Shown: piece after piece, positions 61,401 through 64,000 of the stretch
Layout of the letters: the number at the start of each line of letters is the position of its first letter
Numbering within the stretch: the stretch's first letter is position 1
DNA from: Squalus acanthias
Lineage: Eukaryota
Assembly: GCA_030390025.1 (NCBI GenBank)
Contig: JASTWF010000418.1
Coordinates: forward strand, 186,001-250,000
Length of the DNA: 64,000 nucleotides
Direction: 5' to 3'
Notes under the pieces: generated by a model
Database searches by the model: none
Told to the model about the DNA's origin: nothing
What the model saw: only the letters and a program-made list of their open reading frames with translations
Made by a program: the position numbers and the translations under genes

Positions 61401-61567
61401 ATAGCAGCTTATGCTGGTAGGGTGAGATGAAGAGGGGAGGGAGAAGGCAGCATGGGCCACTTGGGCCGAATGGCCTTTTCCTGCTCGATAAACTCAATGT
61501 AGTTCTCGATGTAAACCTTACCAGCCAGGAGGAAGATGTGGACAGAGAGTGAAATCACCGACTTCAT
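16323..61567 (-). CDS. Multi-exon non-rearranging antigen-receptor-like IgSF membrane protein: L-VJ-(C1)x15-TM-cyto, about 1817 aa (1825 with the 24-nt micro-exon)
   Basis: Exons joined by hand, in transcription order: 61567-61522, 57501-57121, 55623-55306, 52666-52346, 51334-51017, 48370-48050, 46194-45877, 44339-44019, 43251-42934, 41172-40852, 33248-32931, 31878-31558, 28272-27955, 26601-26281, 24880-24557, 22198-21878, 20760-20437, 17130-16993, (16925-16902), 16408-16323. All junctions are GT-AG phase 1, internal exon lengths are multiples of 3, and there are no internal stops. Confidence 0.88.
16490..16870. repeat. 28-bp intronic minisatellite GATCCACCTGTCTGTGTACCTGGGGTCT
   Basis: About 13 units. 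Confidence 0.93.
16902..16925 (-). CDS. Putative cytoplasmic micro-exon (V)RLQSGNY
   Basis: Strong donor ACA|gtgagt; tandem TAGCAG acceptors give 27 or 24 nt, both frame-preserving; weak pyrimidine tract and only a 64-67-nt upstream intron. Confidence 0.45.
16993..17130 (-). CDS. Transmembrane exon [46 protein letters not shown]
   Basis: ttccccacag| acceptor, G|gtagg donor, 138 nt, phase 1-1; about 23-residue hydrophobic stretch followed by a basic stop-transfer RQKRK. This frame is not in the ORF track and was translated by hand. Confidence 0.87.
17452..19480 (+). mobile_element. Degraded CR1 fragment interrupted by a MITE
   Basis: [41 protein letters not shown]1 3' UTR; internal tandem duplication of about 99 bp. 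Confidence 0.85.
18039..18910. mobile_element. PIF/Harbinger-like non-autonomous element
   Basis: TIRs GGGGGAGAAATTC / GAATTTCTCGCCC, 3-bp TSD CTC/CTT; homologous throughout to 48951-49843 and 53262-54137. Confidence 0.75.
19935..20057 (+). mobile_element. Short LINE 3' end with A-tail (duplicate at about 24055-24178)
   Basis: Reverse complement matches the 3' end of the LINE at 59214-59340. Confidence 0.75.
20437..20760 (-). CDS. Ig C1-set exon type E, copy 2 (membrane-proximal)
   Basis: 324 nt, same splice sites as E1 (alternative donor at 20422); SPEICTL gains a Cys; the ORF continues to TAA at 20147 if unspliced. Confidence 0.88.
20930..21775. repeat. 35-bp minisatellite CTCTCCCATCGAAGCCCATCCCTCTAGTCCCCTAA (D2-E2 intron)
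   Basis: Direct inspection. Confidence 0.95.
21878..22198 (-). CDS. Ig C1-set exon type D, copy 2
   Basis: 321 nt, near-identical to D copy 1, same splice sites. Confidence 0.9.
22330..23150 (+). mobile_element. CR1 3' fragment with 3 tandem copies of a segment of about 99 bp
   Basis: [33 protein letters not shown] repeated; CR1 3' UTR. Confidence 0.85.
23232..23945 (+). mobile_element. Penelope-like element 3' fragment (GIY-YIG C-terminus, pseudo-LTR, inverted partial pLTR)
   Basis: [38 protein letters not shown]; inverted repeat of about 113 bp at 23232-23345 / 23654-23768; AATAAA at about 23899. Confidence 0.8.
23856..23893 (+). ncRNA. Minimal type I hammerhead ribozyme
   Basis: tcac-CTGACGA-a-GGAGC(agca)GCTCC-GAAA-GC-TT-gtga: catalytic core, stem II, palindromic AGCT mini stem III and stem I tcac/gtga. 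Confidence 0.75.
24557..24880 (-). CDS. Ig C1-set exon type E, copy 1
   Basis: 324 nt, atttcag|...G|gtgaag (in-frame alternative donor at 24542); [27 protein letters not shown]. Confidence 0.88.
25050..26175. repeat. 35-bp minisatellite (D1-E1 intron)
   Basis: Same unit as 20930-21775. Confidence 0.95.
26281..26601 (-). CDS. Ig C1-set exon type D, copy 1
   Basis: 321 nt, cccctcag|...G|gtgagt; [27 protein letters not shown]; extra Cys in ALPCL. Confidence 0.9.
26780..27295 (-). mobile_element. CR1 3' fragment
   Basis: [19 protein letters not shown] motif and CR1 3' UTR. Confidence 0.85.
27296..27898 (-). repeat. 42-bp tandem array derived from CR1 ORF2 ([17 protein letters not shown])
   Basis: Periodic CR1 peptide contiguous with the CR1 3' fragment. 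Confidence 0.9.
27955..28272 (-). CDS. Ig C1-set exon type C (single copy)
   Basis: 318 nt, ctttgcag|...G|gtcagt; [35 protein letters not shown]. Confidence 0.9.
28330..28722 (-). mobile_element. L2-clade LINE 3' fragment
   Basis: [32 protein letters not shown] is a typical L2 ORF2 C-terminus. Confidence 0.7.
28895..31535. repeat. 67-bp satellite GGGAGTGTTTGATGGGACAGTGTAGAGGGAGCTTTACTCTGTATCTAACCCGTGCTGTACCTGCCCT, interrupted by a CR1
   Basis: Direct inspection; the same family occurs at about 33680-34589, 37880-38202, 40558-40830, 43560-44000, 46380-48030 and 51685-52325. Confidence 0.95.
29172..30680 (-). mobile_element. Young 5'-truncated CR1 LINE
   Basis: 470-aa RT ORF, (TTCTATGT)n tail; near-identical to 36356-37875. 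Confidence 0.95.
31558..31878 (-). CDS. Ig C1-set exon type B, copy 5
   Basis: 321 nt, same splice sites (GTAALG, PRNIS variants). Confidence 0.9.
31947..32590. repeat. 60-bp minisatellite GAGATCAGCCCCTCACTCAGAGCCCCCCAGTTAATCGCCCCCCAGACTGGGGGGAACAGC
   Basis: Present in every A-B intron (also about 41240-42780, 44405-45725, 48440-50660, 52735-54950). Confidence 0.95.
32931..33248 (-). CDS. Ig C1-set exon type A, copy 5
   Basis: 318 nt, same splice sites. Confidence 0.9.
33260..33680. repeat. 41-bp minisatellite GGCCCAGAATCGAGGGGTCAGTCACTGACCTCAGTGTGTCT
   Basis: Abuts the acceptor of every type-A exon (also about 43260-43555, 46203-46372, 51343-51680, 55632-55780). Confidence 0.93.
34590..37879 (+). 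mobile_element. Long CR1 LINE: ORF1 C-terminus (esterase-like) plus ORF2 endonuclease/RT, disabled
   Basis: DGLHL motif in ORF1; APE motifs LNARS, GITETW, GGGVA, GDFN, SDH; RT motifs; in-frame TAA at 35270-72 and a frameshift near 37120; CR1 tail. Confidence 0.95.
38203..40557 (+). mobile_element. Young 5'-truncated CR1 LINE with an uninterrupted 752-aa ORF2 portion
   Basis: SDH..RT..RPHL motifs, (TTCTATGT)n tail. Confidence 0.95.
40852..41172 (-). CDS. Ig C1-set exon type B, copy 4
   Basis: 321 nt, same splice sites (PRNIS variant adds an N-glycosylation sequon). Confidence 0.9.
41770..42556 (+). mobile_element. Solo LTR-like element, 787 bp (unit 4)
   Basis: Termini TGTAG...CTACA, AATAAA about 90 bp from the right end; absent from the unit-5 intron. 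Confidence 0.7.
42934..43251 (-). CDS. Ig C1-set exon type A, copy 4
   Basis: 318 nt, same splice sites (GRQVRS, DPTDRY variants). Confidence 0.9.
44019..44339 (-). CDS. Ig C1-set exon type B, copy 3
   Basis: 321 nt, same splice sites (LIQNRQ variant). Confidence 0.9.
44713..45499 (+). mobile_element. Solo LTR-like element (unit 3)
   Basis: Copy of 41770-42556 at the same insertion site. Confidence 0.7.
45877..46194 (-). CDS. Ig C1-set exon type A, copy 3
   Basis: 318 nt, same splice sites (YTIVS variant). Confidence 0.9.
48050..48370 (-). CDS. Ig C1-set exon type B, copy 2
   Basis: 321 nt, same splice sites (HTAQH variant). Confidence 0.9.
48687..50375 (+). mobile_element. Solo LTR-like element (unit 2) with nested MITE
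   Basis: Same LTR, split at GACAAA|GGGTTTT. Confidence 0.7.
48951..49843. mobile_element. PIF/Harbinger-like MITE nested in the LTR
   Basis: TIRs GGGGTAGAAATT / AATTTTTACCCC, AAA TSD, empty site visible in units 3 and 4. Confidence 0.8.
51017..51334 (-). CDS. Ig C1-set exon type A, copy 2
   Basis: 318 nt, near-identical to copy 1 (RRVMSG variant), same splice sites. Confidence 0.9.
52346..52666 (-). CDS. Ig C1-set exon type B, copy 1
   Basis: 321 nt, ctccag|...G|gtaag; [39 protein letters not shown]. Confidence 0.9.
52998..54662 (+). mobile_element. Solo LTR-like element (unit 1) with nested MITE
   Basis: Copy of the unit 2 composite. Confidence 0.7.
53262..54137. mobile_element. PIF/Harbinger-like MITE nested in the LTR
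   Basis: Same TIRs, TSD and site as 48951-49843. Confidence 0.8.
55306..55623 (-). CDS. Ig C1-set exon type A, copy 1
   Basis: 318 nt, ttccag|...G|gtgag; [29 protein letters not shown]. Confidence 0.9.
56170..56940. repeat. Degenerate repeat of about 24 bp (CCCCAAACTGTGGGACTCCTCA core) in the V-C1 intron
   Basis: Direct inspection. Confidence 0.9.
57121..57501 (-). CDS. V-set Ig domain exon with in-exon J-like segment (VJ type)
   Basis: ctattttcag| acceptor and G|gtaggg donor. Motifs: [39 protein letters not shown] and [11 protein letters not shown] (GxG J motif). Confidence 0.92.
57620..60730 (+). repeat. 42-bp CR1-derived tandem array, interrupted by a LINE
   Basis: [17 protein letters not shown] periodicity; runs into a CR1 3' end. 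Confidence 0.92.
59214..60290 (-). mobile_element. LINE (CR1/L2-group) RT 3' fragment
   Basis: [29 protein letters not shown] at 59356-60327. Confidence 0.9.
60731..61495 (+). mobile_element. Two degraded CR1 3' ends in tandem
   Basis: [10 protein letters not shown].. and [19 protein letters not shown], each followed by a CR1 3' UTR. Confidence 0.8.
61522..61567 (-). CDS. Leader (signal peptide) exon [15 protein letters not shown](G)
   Basis: ATG in AACATGA context, hydrophobic core, 46 nt ending G|gtaag (phase 1); in frame with the V exon. This is a typical Ig/TCR split leader. Confidence 0.85.
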
Positions 61568-61680
61568 GTTGGGAGGAGAGCTGACACGACACATCCTTCT
61601 CAACGGCTGGAGTCCGATCTTCTGGTCCTCGCACACACTCCCTTTCAGAGCGAGTCAGCCTCTGTCCTTCCTCTCCATTC

Positions 61681-61740
61681 ATTGGTCACCAGTCCCGGAC
61701 ACAGTTTCCTGTGTGTGATTGACAGGCTGAGGGACTTCCC
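61681..61740 (-). promoter_or_regulatory. Putative proximal promoter: CCAAT (61681-85), ETS ACAGGAA (about 61706-12), PBX/MEIS-PKNOX decamer TGATTGACAG (61716-25), NF-kB GGGACTTCCC (61731-40)
   Basis: Four consensus motifs within 60 bp, 115-175 bp upstream of the ATG, in the only unique sequence before the 16-bp satellite. Confidence 0.55.
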
Positions 61741-61821
61741 TCATTAGACAGAGGTGGTGAGGCTGGAGACTGAGGCTGGGCACAGCGGAGGGCACTGGGC
61801 AACGAGAGCGGACCCTGCCCT

Positions 61822-64000
61822 CCCCTCAGACCCTCTGACCCTCAGTCCCACTGACCCTCGATCCCACTGACCCTCAGACCCTCTGACCCTCAGTCCCACT
61901 GACCCTCAGTCCCACTGACACTCAGACCCTCTGACCCTCAGTCCCTCTGACCCTCAGACCCTCTGACCCTCAGTCCCACTGACCCTCAGTCCCTCAGACC
62001 CTCAGTCCCTCTGACCCTCAGTCTCACTGACTCTCAGACCCTCTGACCCTCAGTCCCACTGACCCTCAGACCCTCTGACCCCCAGACCCACTGACCCTCA
62101 GTCCCACTGACACTCAGTCCCTCTGACCCTCAGTCTCACTGACTCTCAGACCCTCTGACCCTCAGTCCCACTAACCCTCAGTCCCTCTGACCCTCAGTCC
62201 CTCTGATCCTCAGACCCTCTGACCCTCAGTCTCTCTGACCCTCAGACCCTCTGACCCTCAGTCCCACTAACCCTCAGTCCCACTGACACTCAGTCCCTCT
62301 GATCCTCAGTCCCTCTGACCCTCAGTCTCACTGACACTCAGACCCTCTGACCCTCAGTCCCACTAACCCTCAGTCCCTCTGACCCTCAGTCCCTCTGATC
62401 CTCAGACCCTCTGACCCTCAGTCTCTCTGACCCTCAGTCCCTCTGATCCTCAGACCCTCTGACCCTCAGTCTCTCTGACCCTCAGTCCCTCTGATCCTCA
62501 GTCCCACTGACCCTCAGTCCCACTGACCCTCAGTCCCTCTGACCCTCATTCCCTCCGACCCTCAGACCCGCTGACCCTCAGTCCCTCTGACCCTCAGTCC
62601 CTCTGACCCTCAGTCCCTCTGATCCTCAGTCCCTCTGACCCTCAGTCCCTCTGACCCTCAGTCCCTCAGATCCTCAGACCCTCTGACCCTCAGTCGCTCT
62701 GACCCTCAGTCCCACTGACCCTCACTCCCTCTGACCCTCAGTCCCTCTGACCCTCAGTCCCTCTGACACTCAGTCACACTGAACCTCAGTCCCACTGACC
62801 CTCACTCCCTCTGACCCTCAGTCCCACTGACCCTCAGTCCCTCTGACCCTCAGACCCTCTGCCCTCAGTCCCACTGACCCTCACTCCCTCTGACCCTCAG
62901 TCCCTCTGACCCTCAGTCCCTCTGACCCTCAGTCCCTCTGACCCTCACTCCCTCTGACCCTCAGTCCCTATGACCCTCAGTCCCTCTGACCCTCAGTCCC
63001 TCTGACCCTCAGTCCCACTGAACCTCAGTCCCTCTGACCCTCATTCCCACTGACCCTCCCTCCCTCTGACCCTCAGTCCCTCTGACCCGCAGTCTCACTG
63101 ACCCTCAGTCCCTCTGACCCTCAGTCCCTCTGACCCTCAGTCCCTCTGACCCTCAGTCCCTCAGTCCCTCTGACCCTCAGTCCCTCAGTCCCACTGTCCC
63201 TCAGTCCCTCTGACCCTCAGTCCCACTGAACCTCACTCCCTCTGAGCTCAGTCCCTCTGACCCTCAGTCCCTCTGACACTCAGTCCCTCTGACCCTCTGT
63301 CCCACTGACCCTCTGACCCTCAGTCCCACTGACCCTCAGACCCTCTGACCCTCAGTCCCTCTGACCCTCCCTCCCTCTGACCCTCAGTCCCACTGACCCT
63401 CAGTCCCTCTGACCCTCCGTCCCACTGAACCTCAGTCCCTCTGTCCCTCAGTCCCTCTGACCCTCAGTCCCTCTGACCCTCAGTCCCTCTGACCCTCAGT
63501 CCCTCTGACCCTCAGTCCCTCTGACCCTCAGTCCCGCTGACCCTCAGTCCCTCTGACCCTCTGTACCTCTGACCCTCAGTCCCTCTGACACTCAGTCCCT
63601 CTGACCCTCAGTCCCGCTGACCCTCAGTCCCTCTGTCCCTCCCTCCCACTGACCCTCAGTCCCTCTGACCCTCAGTACCACTGATCCTCAGTCCCACTGA
63701 CCCTCAGTCCCTCTGACCCTCAGTCCCTCTGACCCTCAGTCCCTCTGTCCCTCACTCCCTCTGACCCTCAGTCCCTCTGAACCTCAGTCCCTCTGACCCT
63801 CAGTCCCTCTGACCCTCAGTCCCTCTGACCCTCAGTCTCACTGACCCTCAGTCCCTCTGACCCTCCGTCCCACTGAACCTCAGTCCCTCTGTCCCTCAGT
63901 CCCTCTGACCCTCAGTCCCTCTGACCCTCAGTCCCTCTGATCCTCAGTCCCTCTGACCCTCAGTCCCTCTGACCCTCAGTCCCACTGACCCTCAGTCCCT
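61822..64000. repeat. 16-bp minisatellite TGACCCTCAGTCCCTC, runs off the window
   Basis: Direct inspection. Confidence 0.97.

Noticed and set aside
16323-61567. Assignment as a conventional IgM/IgW/IgNAR/TCR locus, or as SIRP/tapasin/MHC
   Set aside because: No separate V/D/J segments or RSSs; the V lacks VH hallmarks and is not VNAR-short; the TM and tail do not match IgH or TCR; there is no ITIM and no MHC peptide-binding domain. No gene symbol is given without a database search.

Overview
Vertebrate genomic DNA, most likely from a cartilaginous fish (inferred from the CR1/L2/Penelope repeats and minisatellite content). Most of the window is repeats: CR1 and related LINEs, Harbinger-like MITEs, a solo LTR, a Penelope-like fragment carrying a minimal hammerhead ribozyme, and more than ten tandem-repeat families. 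Within these lies one complete minus-strand gene (ATG 61567 to TAG 16323) for a giant, non-rearranging, antigen-receptor-like type I membrane protein. Its exon order is leader, a germline-fused VJ exon, 15 Ig C1-set exons arranged (A-B)x5-C-(D-E)x2, a TM exon, an optional 24/27-nt micro-exon and a cytoplasmic exon. All introns are GT-AG phase 1 and all exons are open, giving about 1,820 aa. The last C1 exon can also read through into a 96-aa tail with a downstream AATAAA before the TM exon, which resembles IgH secreted/membrane architecture. A compact promoter (CCAAT, ETS, PBX/MEIS decamer, NF-kB) sits upstream of the ATG. The long ORFs in the satellites are repeat artefacts.
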